Below, piece by piece: positions 39,918-49,376 of a stretch of 58,939 nucleotides of DNA. Below the pieces are notes generated by a model that was not told the DNA's origin, did no database searches, and saw only the letters and a list, made by a program, of their open reading frames with translations. The stretch comes from a bacterium (GTDB lineage: Bacteria > Bacillota_I > Bacilli_A > RF39 > UBA660): the NCBI GenBank assembly GCA_014846175.1, contig RKAV01000041.1, forward strand, positions 1 through 58,939. Direction: 5' to 3'. Each line of letters starts with the position of its first letter. The first letter of the stretch is position 1. A program made the translations under genes and the position numbers.

Positions 39918-39945
39918 ATATGAAGAAAAGTAAGAGAACTTTCCC

Positions 39946-41826
39946 TTACTTTGCTAATAAGTCACAAATTAGATTACTTAATTCAGTTGGATTATCTACT
40001 GATAGTCCTTCTATTAGTCTTGCTTCTTGATATAGTACTTTACTATATTTATCTAAAGTATCAAAGTCTTTATTGTTATATAACTCTTCCATTTTCTTAG
40101 TAATTGGATGATTCATATTAATTTCCATTACTGTTTCTGCTTTAACATTTTGATTATTTGGCATAGATTGTAAGACTTTCTCCATCTCTGTTGATACTTC
40201 ACCTTTAGTCTTTAAACATACTGGGTGATTTTTTAAATGATTAGTAAAGGTTACATCTACTACAGAATCTGTTAGAGTCTCTTTCATCTTTCCTAACATA
40301 TCTTTATAAGAAGTATTAGCTTCTTCTAGTTCCTTCTTCTCTTCTTCAGTAGAAAGGTCTAGTTTTTCATCTGCTACATTCATAAAAGTTTTATCTGCAT
40401 ACATATTTAATGTTTTAATAGTAAACTCATCTAAATATTCGGTTAAGTATAATACTTCATAACCTTTTTCTTTAACAGCATCTACTTGTGGAAGCATCTC
40501 ACATTTCTCTAAGCTTTCTGAACAAGCATAATAAATGTTTTTCTGATCACTTTTCATTCTACTAACATATTCTTTTAAGGTTGTATATTTCTTATCATTT
40601 GATGAATTAAATAGTAATAAGTCTTGTAGTAAATCTTTTTTCATACCATAAGTAGAATAAATTCCATACTTTAATTGCATACCAAAGTCTTTATAGAATT
40701 TCTCATAGTTTTCTCTATCTTTTGTAAGCATAGTCTCTAATTCTTTTTTGATTTTTGACTCTAAACTCTTTTCAATAGCTTGAATTTGATAGTTTTCTTG
40801 TAAAGTTTCTCTTGAGATATTTAATGATATATCTTCACTATCAACTAATCCTTTAACGAAACTAAAGTAGTCTGGTAATAAATCACTACACTTATCCATA
40901 ATTAGAACCCCTTTAGAATATAGTTGTAGTCCTTTTTCATAGTCTTTTGAATAGTAATTATATGGAGCATGAGAAGGGATAAATAATAAAGTTTGATAAC
41001 TAGTTCTTCCTTCTACTTCACTACGAATTACTTTTAATGGTTTTTCATAATCATAGAATTTATCAGTATAAAAGTCTTGATAATCTTCATCAGTTACTTC
41101 ACTCTTTGGCTTTTTCCAAATAGGTGTCATACTGTTTAATGTCTTATCAGTACTTACTGTCTCTTCTTTATCGTCTTCGCCTTTCTTAGTTTCTTCTACC
41201 ATCATCTTAACTGGGTATGGTATATAGTCAGAATACTTTTTAATTAATCTTTCAAGTGTATATGTTTCTAAGAAATCACTATACTTATTATCTTCTGTAT
41301 CTTCCTTTAAGTATAAAGTAATCTCAGTACCAGTATCTTTTTTATCTGACTTACTAATAGTATAACCACTAGCTCCTTCACTTTCCCAAGTATTAGCCTC
41401 ACTATCACTATCTAATGGTTTACTATTTACTACTACTTTATCGCTTACCATAAAGGCAGAATAAAATCCTACTCCGAACTGTCCAATTATTGATAAGTTT
41501 TTTTCATCTTTCATATTTTCTTTGAATAGTTCAGAACCACTCTTAGCGATTGTACCTAAGTTATTTTCTAACTCTTCACTAGTCATACCAATACCATTAT
41601 CTTTAATAGTTAAAGTCCTATTTTCTTTATCTGGTATTAATCTAATCTCTAAGTCTTCTTTCTTTATTTTAATTTTTGTATCTGTTAGTGACTTATAATA
41701 TAATTTATCAAGTGCATCACTAGCATTAGAGATTAACTCTCTTAAAAATATTTCTTGATTTGTATAGATGGAATGAATCATCATATCTAATAGTTTTTTT
41801 GATTCTGCTTTAAATTGTTTTTTCAT
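39946..41826 (-). CDS. htpG: Molecular chaperone HtpG (Hsp90)
   Basis: N-terminal ELISNASDALDK GHKL motif and a full length of 626 aa. Confidence 0.95.
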   Translation of the reverse strand: MKKQFKAESKKLLDMMIHSIYTNQEIFLRELISNASDALDKLYYKSLTDTKIKIKKEDLEIRLIPDKENRTLTIKDNGIGMTSEELENNLGTIAKSGSELFKENMKDEKNLSIIGQFGVGFYSAFMVSDKVVVNSKPLDSDSEANTWESEGASGYTISKSDKKDTGTEITLYLKEDTEDNKYSDFLETYTLERLIKKYSDYIPYPVKMMVEETKKGEDDKEETVSTDKTLNSMTPIWKKPKSEVTDEDYQDFYTDKFYDYEKPLKVIRSEVEGRTSYQTLLFIPSHAPYNYYSKDYEKGLQLYSKGVLIMDKCSDLLPDYFSFVKGLVDSEDISLNISRETLQENYQIQAIEKSLESKIKKELETMLTKDRENYEKFYKDFGMQLKYGIYSTYGMKKDLLQDLLLFNSSNDKKYTTLKEYVSRMKSDQKNIYYACSESLEKCEMLPQVDAVKEKGYEVLYLTEYLDEFTIKTLNMYADKTFMNVADEKLDLSTEEEKKELEEANTSYKDMLGKMKETLTDSVVDVTFTNHLKNHPVCLKTKGEVSTEMEKVLQSMPNNQNVKAETVMEINMNHPITKKMEELYNNKDFDTLDKYSKVLYQEARLIEGLSVDNPTELSNLICDLLAK

Positions 41827-41865
41827 ATATAACGTCCTCCTTGTTAGTTCTTCCTAACAATTAGT

Positions 41866-41907
41866 AGAATATCACTAGAATTAGCAATTGTCAATATAGA
41901 GTGCTAA
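41866..41907 (-). promoter_or_regulatory. CIRCE-like inverted repeat overlapping the htpG promoter
   Basis: The minus strand reads TTAGCACTC-tatattgac-AATTGCTAA (41907..41881); the left arm matches 9/9 and the right arm 7/9. TTGACA (41894..41889), 17 nt of spacer, TATTCT (41871..41866). Confidence 0.6.
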
Positions 41908-41971
41908 TTATTTTTATTTAATATTATAATAGTAAAAGATAGGTAAAAGTTTGCCTATCTTTAAGTCATAA

Positions 41972-42964
41972 TTAAATCTTATAATACATTTGATTTTTAC
42001 TATTTGGTTTATCAGGAATTGTTAATTTTATTAAGTTTCTCTCTATAGCAGGATGTAGATATTTATTTCTTAATGTATCTTTTGATTTAATATTTAATTT
42101 AGTCATTATTAAATTAGCAGTTAGAGGTACGTTTCGTTCCATAATATTTAATAATTTATTTATATTAATTTCTTCTTCACCAATGGGAATGCTAGGTACA
42201 CTAAGAGCTTCATCTAATGTTTCATCAATCATTTTAAGCATAAATTCAATAAATTCAGTGGAATCTCCTTTATTATTGCAATTAGCAATAACTTTATAAT
42301 AATCAGATTGAAATTTATGTATTTGAGACTCTATTGGTAAATATTCAAATATTTCTTTCCAATTATATAGTAATATATTTTGCCATAATCTAGCAGTTCT
42401 TCCATTTCCGTCACTAAAAGGATGAATGAAAACAAACTCATAATGAAATATACTTGAAAGTATTAATGGATGTACTTTTTCTTTATTATCTCTCATCCAA
42501 GTAAATAACTGATTTATTAAATCACTAACTCTTTCTGGTGGTGGACACATGAAAATACACTTATCCCCATCAAAGACACCCTCATTACCTCTTCTAAATT
42601 CACCTGATTCATCTACCGTTAGAAAAGTCATAACACCATGTATTCTTTTTAAGTCTTCTATAGAGTATGGATTTATTAAAGAAAGCATTTCATATGCCTT
42701 ATAAGCATTTTTTACCTCTTGGATATCCTTTTGTGGTCCTATAACTAGTTTACCATCTATTACATCCTTTACCTGTTCTAACGTTAAATTGTTATTTTCT
42801 ATTGCTAAGGATGAATGTATAGAGTTAATCTTTGTTTGTTTTCTTAAATACGGCTTTTTATTTAAATTAGAGTAATTATCTAATTTAGAGATTTTTAAAG
42901 AAATGTTTGATACTCTTGTTAGCATCTCTTGTGTAATAGAAAAAGGTGGAACATAGTTTTCCAT
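41972..42964 (-). CDS. Fic-family protein (class II, N-terminal inhibitory helix) with C-terminal wHTH-like tail
   Basis: Canonical HPFSDGNGRTARL Fic motif and an N-terminal SLAIEN matching the (S/T)xxxE(G/N) auto-inhibition motif. Confidence 0.9.
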   Translation of the reverse strand: MENYVPPFSITQEMLTRVSNISLKISKLDNYSNLNKKPYLRKQTKINSIHSSLAIENNNLTLEQVKDVIDGKLVIGPQKDIQEVKNAYKAYEMLSLINPYSIEDLKRIHGVMTFLTVDESGEFRRGNEGVFDGDKCIFMCPPPERVSDLINQLFTWMRDNKEKVHPLILSSIFHYEFVFIHPFSDGNGRTARLWQNILLYNWKEIFEYLPIESQIHKFQSDYYKVIANCNNKGDSTEFIEFMLKMIDETLDEALSVPSIPIGEEEININKLLNIMERNVPLTANLIMTKLNIKSKDTLRNKYLHPAIERNLIKLTIPDKPNSKNQMYYKI

Positions 42965-43074
42965 TAATTATCACCTCACTAATATCATATATATTATATC
43001 ATATTCTAAGAAATTCAGCAATTCAACTTACCTAAATCTTGCATAAATCTTACCTAAAAAGAAAAAGCAAGAAC

Positions 43075-43251
43075 TTAATTAATTGCTTTTCCATTTACAT
43101 ATAGTTTATAATCATTAAAATCTATATTACTATAAGATGTATCACTATCATCTAAACTTGAGACATAACTATCACCTGTTAATTTAATCTTAGAAGTTTT
43201 ATCTAGTACTAATTTTATAGATTTAGCTTTATTATTATTATTAATAGTACA
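43075..43251 (-). pseudogene. 3-prime remnant (58 codons, no start) of a secreted beta-helix-type protein gene
   Basis: Minus-strand frame CTINNNNKAKSIKLVLDKTSKIKLTGDSYVSSLDDSDTSYSNIDFNDYKLYVNGKAIN* is preceded directly by an in-frame TAA. It resembles, from memory, C-termini of clostridial Cthe_2159-like carbohydrate-binding proteins. Confidence 0.4.
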
Positions 43252-43266
43252 TTAAAAAAGAAAGAT

Positions 43267-44106
43267 TTATTTATTTTTATCTTTCTTATCATAATCTTCT
43301 AAAAAGCTTTTATATACCCCATTAGTTTTAGTTCCTAAAACACAATCTAAATTTACATTATCTAAGCTCTTGAAGATGTTATAATCAGCATTTTTATTAA
43401 TCTTTCTTAGATTCTTAATTAGTTCTTTCATTTCTTTTCGTTTACTAGTTCCATCATTTATTAAGGAACAACCTTCTGTGAAACGGCAAGCACAATTAAT
43501 AAATGTTAATTCATTGTTATTACGCCAAGAGATAATTGATTCTTCTTTTACTAAATATAATGGCCTAATAAGTTCAATACCTTCAAAGTTATCACTATGA
43601 AGTTTAGGCATCATAGTCTTTATTTCTGAACCATATAGCATTGATAAAAGGGTTGTTTCAATTACATCATCAAAGTGATGACCTAGAGCTATTTTATTAC
43701 ATCCTAGCTCTTTTGCTTTACTATATAAGAAACCTCTTCGCATTCTAGCACACATATAACAAGGACTAGAATCTATTTGACTTACTACATCAAAGATATC
43801 ACTTTCAAATATCTCAATAGGAATATTTAGTATTTTAGCATTATCTTCTATCATAGCTCGATTATACTCGTTATACCCTGGATCCATTACTACATATCTA
43901 GCGGTAAACTTAACTTTGCCATGACGAATTAATTCCTGTATACATTTAGCTAGTAGGAATGAATCTTTTCCTCCTGATATACAAACCATTACATTATCAT
44001 TTTCTTTGATTAATTCATATTCACTAACTGCTTTTATAAATTTAGAAAATATATCTTTACGATATTTCTTTATAATACTTCTCTCTATTTCTTTATACTT
44101 CTCCAT
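43267..44106 (-). CDS. PP-loop ATPase, TtcA-like tRNA 2-thiolation enzyme
   Basis: SGGKDS PP-loop and conserved Cys pairs (SSPCYMCARMRRG, NCACRF). Overlaps the cysteine desulfurase gene by 14 nt. Confidence 0.8.
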   Translation of the reverse strand: MEKYKEIERSIIKKYRKDIFSKFIKAVSEYELIKENDNVMVCISGGKDSFLLAKCIQELIRHGKVKFTARYVVMDPGYNEYNRAMIEDNAKILNIPIEIFESDIFDVVSQIDSSPCYMCARMRRGFLYSKAKELGCNKIALGHHFDDVIETTLLSMLYGSEIKTMMPKLHSDNFEGIELIRPLYLVKEESIISWRNNNELTFINCACRFTEGCSLINDGTSKRKEMKELIKNLRKINKNADYNIFKSLDNVNLDCVLGTKTNGVYKSFLEDYDKKDKNK

Positions 44107-45232
44107 GATAAATCTCCTTATATATTAAATCAAATACTTTCAAAAACTCTTCTACTTCTTCCTTGGTAGTCTTATATGATAAACTTACTCTAATTGATGA
44201 TGATGCTTTTTGTTTATCTTTAGTTAAGGCATATACTAGTTTAGATGGTGTTGTGATGGGACAACATGAAGTTTTAGCTGAAAGAATGATATTATGCTCT
44301 TCAAACTTATCTAAGATAGTAAGAGATTTTTCTCCTATAAGACTAAAGTTTATGATGGATGGTAATGAATTTTCTCTACTGTTGATAGAAACGTTTTTAT
44401 ATTCACTTAGATGTGATTTAATCATATCACCTAATTCTTTTAGATAGTTATATCTTGCTTCTTGATTAGTAAGTGCTATCTCTAAAGCTTTTTCTAAGGC
44501 TAAGACATTGGCAAGTGATGGAGTTCCAGCTCGATAAATGGTTGTAGATTTACCTCCTTCTATTAATGGAGTTAGTCTAACATTTTTCTTTTTTACTAAG
44601 ATACCAAAGTTATCTAAGCCATGAAACTTATGAGGATTTATAGTGATAAGGTCTACATTACTATAATCGATTGTTACCTTTCCAATAGACTGAGTAGCAT
44701 CAGTATGAAAGTGACAGTTAGGATAGTCTTTTAAAATAGATGCTATTTCTTCTACCGGCTGTCTAAGGGCTAGTTCACTATCTACTGAGGTAACACTTAC
44801 TAAAATAGTATCATCTCTTAACATATTCTTTAAAGATTCTATATCTACTATACCTTTATCAGTTACAGGAATAACTTCAACTTCAAAACCAAGACGCTCT
44901 AAACTAACTACTGAGCTAGTAATAGAATTATGTTCTAAGCTGCTAATCAAGATATGTTTACCATAGTTTTTATAACTAAGACATAGTCCTTTAATTGCTA
45001 AGTTATTAGATTCAGTTGCACCTGAGGTATAAATAATCTCATCTTTTAACACTTTAAGCATATTAGTAATTCTTAAAGTACTATCACTTATCATTTTATT
45101 TTCTTCTCTTCCTAGTTTATGAATTGAATTTGGATTAGCATAATACTTTTTAGTAGTATTATAAAAGATATCTAATACTTCATCTTCTACAAAACTAGCT
45201 GCTACATTATCTAAATAAATCAAGTATACCAT
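44093..45232 (-). CDS. Cysteine desulfurase (class V aminotransferase, NifS/IscS-like)
   Basis: PLP-lysine motif NPHKFHG, with GATESNN and a Cys-containing C-terminal loop. Confidence 0.85.
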   Translation of the reverse strand: MVYLIYLDNVAASFVEDEVLDIFYNTTKKYYANPNSIHKLGREENKMISDSTLRITNMLKVLKDEIIYTSGATESNNLAIKGLCLSYKNYGKHILISSLEHNSITSSVVSLERLGFEVEVIPVTDKGIVDIESLKNMLRDDTILVSVTSVDSELALRQPVEEIASILKDYPNCHFHTDATQSIGKVTIDYSNVDLITINPHKFHGLDNFGILVKKKNVRLTPLIEGGKSTTIYRAGTPSLANVLALEKALEIALTNQEARYNYLKELGDMIKSHLSEYKNVSINSRENSLPSIINFSLIGEKSLTILDKFEEHNIILSAKTSCCPITTPSKLVYALTKDKQKASSSIRVSLSYKTTKEEVEEFLKVFDLIYKEIYHGEV

Positions 45233-45265
45233 CCCTTTCTTAAAGTCTATCTTATTATAAAGAGA

Positions 45266-46546
45266 TTAATTTTCACTGTCAACATTGTTTTCTTCATCTT
45301 TTTTATTCTGCTCTTCTGCAAATAGTTTAGCCATTGTTTCACTATTTCTTGTTAATCTTTTTATAGTTAACTCTTCTGCTTTATTATTAGCAAGTCTTAA
45401 GTTTCTATCACTAGAGATTAGGGCATCTTTTGTCTTTTGTAAATGGTCAATTGTTTTATCTATTTCTTCTATTGCTTTACTAAACTTTTCAGATGCTATT
45501 CGATAGTTCTTAGCAAATCCACTTTTGAAAGCATTCATATTCTCTTCAAAGTGAGATATATCAATATTTTGATTTTGTAGAACAAGCATTTCCTTTTTAT
45601 ATTCTAAAGCATTAAGAGCAGCTCCTCTAATTAAGGTTATTAAAGGAATAAAAAACTGTGGTCTAATAACATACATCTTAGGATAACGATAAGAAACATC
45701 TACTATGCCCATATTATAATAATCATTATCAATTTCAAGTAAGGAAACAAGTACAGCGTATTCACATTTTTTCTCTTTCCTATCTTTATCTAGTTCTTTA
45801 AAGAAGTCTTCATTTTTATGTTTAGTAGCTGTCATATCTGCTTCATTTTTCATCTCAAACATGATAGATACAATCTCTGTTTTCTCATCATCATAGTCTC
45901 TAAAGATAAAGTCACCTTTAGAGCCTGTTCTTGCATCATTATCTTTTTCAAAGTAAGCATTAGGAAATAATGGTCTTAAGGTATTAAACTCATTATTACA
46001 ATGTACTTCTAGACTTTCTCCTATCATCTTAGTTGATTGTCTTGCTTTCATATCTTTATAATAAGCAATCATTTCATCTTTATCTTTTAGTTTATTTTCA
46101 TACACATCTTTGATATTTTTTTCTTTTAAGGCATACTCTTTACTATCTAATTCTAGCTGACTTTTCAAACTAGAAATATTCTTATCTTTTTCATTTTCTA
46201 GTTCTTTAATTTTAATATTTAGCTTTGCTATTTCTTCTTTATATTCATTAGCTGTTTTAATCTTAGTATTTTCAATCAAACTATCTTCTAGTTGTTTTTT
46301 ACTTTTTAATTCTTCATTTAGTTTTGTTATCTCTAAATCTTTTTCTTTTAGCATCGTACTTAATTTCTTTTCAAGTTCATTCTCAGCTAGTTTTATTGCT
46401 TGGTTCTTATCTTTTTCATATTGTTCTTGTCTTGTTGCTATCTCATTTTTAAATTCACTATCTCTTACTTGTTTTACGATAGAGTCATATTGTTTCTCAT
46501 CAATTTTAAAAACTGTTCCACAATTAGGACATTTTATTTCATTCAT
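45266..46546 (-). CDS. DUF2130-family protein (N-terminal zinc ribbon + long coiled coil)
   Basis: MNEIKCPNCGTVFKIDEKQYDSIV start typical of DUF2130. Coiled-coil middle and a C-terminal globular part. Confidence 0.7.
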   Translation of the reverse strand: MNEIKCPNCGTVFKIDEKQYDSIVKQVRDSEFKNEIATRQEQYEKDKNQAIKLAENELEKKLSTMLKEKDLEITKLNEELKSKKQLEDSLIENTKIKTANEYKEEIAKLNIKIKELENEKDKNISSLKSQLELDSKEYALKEKNIKDVYENKLKDKDEMIAYYKDMKARQSTKMIGESLEVHCNNEFNTLRPLFPNAYFEKDNDARTGSKGDFIFRDYDDEKTEIVSIMFEMKNEADMTATKHKNEDFFKELDKDRKEKKCEYAVLVSLLEIDNDYYNMGIVDVSYRYPKMYVIRPQFFIPLITLIRGAALNALEYKKEMLVLQNQNIDISHFEENMNAFKSGFAKNYRIASEKFSKAIEEIDKTIDHLQKTKDALISSDRNLRLANNKAEELTIKRLTRNSETMAKLFAEEQNKKDEENNVDSEN

Positions 46547-46560
46547 AGTTTTACACCTTT

Positions 46561-46735
46561 CTATTTAGTTTTTTCTTTAAGATCTTTAAACTTAGATTTA
46601 AAAGTATCTATATAATCTTTACTAATAATAATTTTATTATCTTCATTAGCTTTTACTGTTAGATATTTATTTCTTTACTTTCTTAGTTTTAGTACTACAA
46701 CCATTAACAGTTAAAACTATGATTAAGATAAGAAT
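46561..46735 (-). pseudogene. Decayed small lipoprotein gene (no start codon, internal frameshift)
   Basis: The minus strand reads LILILIIVLTVNGCSTKTKKVKK* (lipobox L-T-V-N-G-C) without an upstream ATG. After a frame change it reads NKYLTVKANEDNKIIISKDYIDTFKSKFKDLKEKTK*. Confidence 0.4.
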
Positions 46736-46742
46736 AAGCTAA

Positions 46743-46979
46743 CTAATTTTCTTCATTACTTACTCCTTCATATTTATATCCTAAAGAGTTGATAGTACTT
46801 TCTACCACTTTGATATTTAACTCTTTATCACTTAAAATGGTAACACTATTATTATTAAGATTTACTTTTACTTTTCTTATATCATCTAAACTTTCTAGAG
46901 CTTTAGTTACTTTATCAGCACAGTGGTTACAACTCATTCCTTCTACTTTAATTATAGTTTTAATCTTCTTATTAAACAT
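46743..46979 (-). CDS. copZ: Copper chaperone CopZ (HMA domain)
   Basis: GMSCNHCADKV metal-binding motif in a 78-aa protein directly downstream of copA. Confidence 0.9.
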   Translation of the reverse strand: MFNKKIKTIIKVEGMSCNHCADKVTKALESLDDIRKVKVNLNNNSVTILSDKELNIKVVESTINSLGYKYEGVSNEEN

Positions 46980-46982
46980 TTC

Positions 46983-49172
46983 TTATTTCCCTTCTAATTT
47001 TATTTTTCTAAGTCTTAGAGCATTGATTACAACTGTTAAACTACTTAAAGTCATAGCAAAAGAAGCAATCATTGGATTCATTATAATATTAAATTTAGCA
47101 AATAGTCCTATAGCAATTGGTATCATTAAGATATTGTAAAAGAAGGAAAAGAAAAGGTTTTGTTTTATATTTCTAATAGTTTTCTTACTTATGATAAATA
47201 GATTAAGAATACTTTCTAAATTATCATTCATTAAGATAATATCACTAGAATTATTAGCTATATCAGTACCACTTGCAATTGCTACACCAATAGTAGCAGT
47301 AGCAAGACTTGGGGCATCATTTATCCCATCTCCTACCATCATTACTTTTCTATTTTCTTTTAATAATTCTTTTATAATTGTTGTTTTCTCTTTAGGAAGA
47401 AGTGATGCTTTTACTTCATCAAGTGCTAAATCTTTACTAATAATATTAGCTGTTTCTTTATTATCACCAGTTAACATTAAAACTTTTTTATTACTTTTCT
47501 TTAACTTTTTAATAACTTCTCTAGCATTACTTCTTAGCGTATCTTTAACACCTATTAAAGCGATTACTTTTCTTTCTTCTACTACATAGATTACACTATT
47601 ACCCTCTCTTACTAGTCTATTAAAGTCTAGTGAATGAATATCATAAATCATTAATTGGTCTACTAACTTATCATTTCCTAGATAGTATTTCTTATCATTA
47701 ATAGTACCACTTACTCCTAGTCCTGCTATATTATTAAATTTAGTTACAGTAAGATCTGATTTACCCTTAAAAGCTTTAGCGATAGGATGCGTTGATTTAT
47801 TCTCTAAACTTGTTACTAATTCTAATATTTTCTTATCAGGATAATCACTATAATTATAAATAGTTGATACTTGTAAATTACCATAAGTTAGAGTACCTGT
47901 TTTATCAAAGACAATAGTATCAATACTGTTAAGTAATTCTAATGATTCACTATTTTTTATTAATAAACCTTTCTTAGCACAGAATCCTTCAGTAACAATA
48001 ACAGCTAAAGGGGTGGCAAGACCAAGAGAACAAGGACATGCTACTACTAAGACAGTTACAAATCTAGTTAAAGCTATATCTAAATTATTTGTTAATAGAT
48101 TAAAAATTAAGGTTAGAAAAGCGATAAGCAGAATACTTGGTACAAAGATAGAACTTACTTTATCTGCTACTTTAGCAATAGCTGGTTTAGTATTAGTAGC
48201 TTCTACTACTAGTCTTACTATTTCGGAGATAGTTGAATCTTTACCAATATTAATTGCTTCATAGGTTATATAACCATTAGTATTAATACTACCTGCTATT
48301 ACTTTATCACCTATTTTTTTCTTGATTAGTTTACTCTCTCCAGTTATAAAAGCTTCATCAAAGTAAGCACTTCCACTGATAATATTACCATCAACTGCTA
48401 TTTTTTCACCTGGTTTACAAATTAAAGTGTCGTGTTTTTTAACTTCATCAATACTAATTTCTTTTTCCCCTTCTGTAGTTTTCAATAAAGCTTTAGTTGG
48501 AGTCACTTGAACTAGTTCTTTAATAGCTTCCCTCGTTTTAGATTTACTCTTAGTATCAATAAATCTTCCTAGTTTGACAAAGTAGATAACAATACAAAAT
48601 GATTCATAGTAAAGACTTTCTACATAACTTGTTTGTCCTTTAATTATCATAATGGTATTAAAGATACTATAAATAAGACTTGCTAAAACACCAATAGAAA
48701 CTAAAGTATCCATATTAGGTGATTTATGAACAAGATTTAAATAACCACTTTTTAGAATATCTTTTCCATAGTAAAGATAAGGAAGAGATAGTATTAGTAA
48801 AGTAATAGCATAATTAACAGGATACTTTTCCATATTAAGAAGTGGTATAATAGAAAGACCTACCATGTGTGACATAGAAATATAAAGTATTAAAATAGAA
48901 AGGATAGTATAAAAGACAAATAATCTTTTATTAAGTTTCTCTTTCTTAAAGACCTTTTCTTCTGAATAAATGCCAAGACTTTTATACCCTGCTTCTTCAA
49001 TAAATCTTTCTAAATCGTTTAAAGATAGTGTTTCATCATACATAATAGTAGCAGTTGCTAAGACAAGATTAACTGAAGCATCTACTACTCCTTTTTGTTT
49101 ATTTAAATACTTTTCTAATGCCGATGAACAAGCGCTACAACTCATTCCTTCAATACTTAAAATTACTTTCAT
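46983..49172 (-). CDS. copA: Copper-translocating P1B-type ATPase CopA
   Basis: N-terminal HMA motif GMSCSACSS, CPC in the TM region, DKTGTLT and GDGINDAP. Confidence 0.95.
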   Translation of the reverse strand: MKVILSIEGMSCSACSSALEKYLNKQKGVVDASVNLVLATATIMYDETLSLNDLERFIEEAGYKSLGIYSEEKVFKKEKLNKRLFVFYTILSILILYISMSHMVGLSIIPLLNMEKYPVNYAITLLILSLPYLYYGKDILKSGYLNLVHKSPNMDTLVSIGVLASLIYSIFNTIMIIKGQTSYVESLYYESFCIVIYFVKLGRFIDTKSKSKTREAIKELVQVTPTKALLKTTEGEKEISIDEVKKHDTLICKPGEKIAVDGNIISGSAYFDEAFITGESKLIKKKIGDKVIAGSINTNGYITYEAINIGKDSTISEIVRLVVEATNTKPAIAKVADKVSSIFVPSILLIAFLTLIFNLLTNNLDIALTRFVTVLVVACPCSLGLATPLAVIVTEGFCAKKGLLIKNSESLELLNSIDTIVFDKTGTLTYGNLQVSTIYNYSDYPDKKILELVTSLENKSTHPIAKAFKGKSDLTVTKFNNIAGLGVSGTINDKKYYLGNDKLVDQLMIYDIHSLDFNRLVREGNSVIYVVEERKVIALIGVKDTLRSNAREVIKKLKKSNKKVLMLTGDNKETANIISKDLALDEVKASLLPKEKTTIIKELLKENRKVMMVGDGINDAPSLATATIGVAIASGTDIANNSSDIILMNDNLESILNLFIISKKTIRNIKQNLFFSFFYNILMIPIAIGLFAKFNIIMNPMIASFAMTLSSLTVVINALRLRKIKLEGK

Positions 49173-49312
49173 AATTAGCTTTTCCTTTCAATTTTTATTA
49201 TCTATTTCTTATATAATATTAAGTCTACGAATAATAAGGTTCTTTTTATATATTTTACTTTGATACTACTCCCCACGTCTTATGGATATCTCTATTCCAT
49301 CTTTACTACCCA

Positions 49313-49341
49313 ATTATAGGGGGCGAGGATATTTATGTCAA
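49313..49341 (-). promoter_or_regulatory. Consensus sigma-A promoter of copA-copZ with overlapping C/G-tract operator-like element
   Basis: The minus strand reads TTGACA (49341..49336), 17 nt of spacer, TATAAT (49318..49313). The -10 is embedded in CGCCCCCTATAATTGGGTA, a CsoR-operator-like C-tract/AT/G-tract pseudo-palindrome. Confidence 0.6.
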
Positions 49342-49376
49342 TAGTAAGAAAGAAAAAGGCCATATTAATGACCTAA
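49342..49376 (-). terminator. Terminator of the dam gene
   Basis: The minus strand has stem AGGTCAT / ATGGCCT (one G:U pair) with loop TAAT, followed by TTTTTCTTTCTT. It starts inside the stop codon. Confidence 0.5.
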
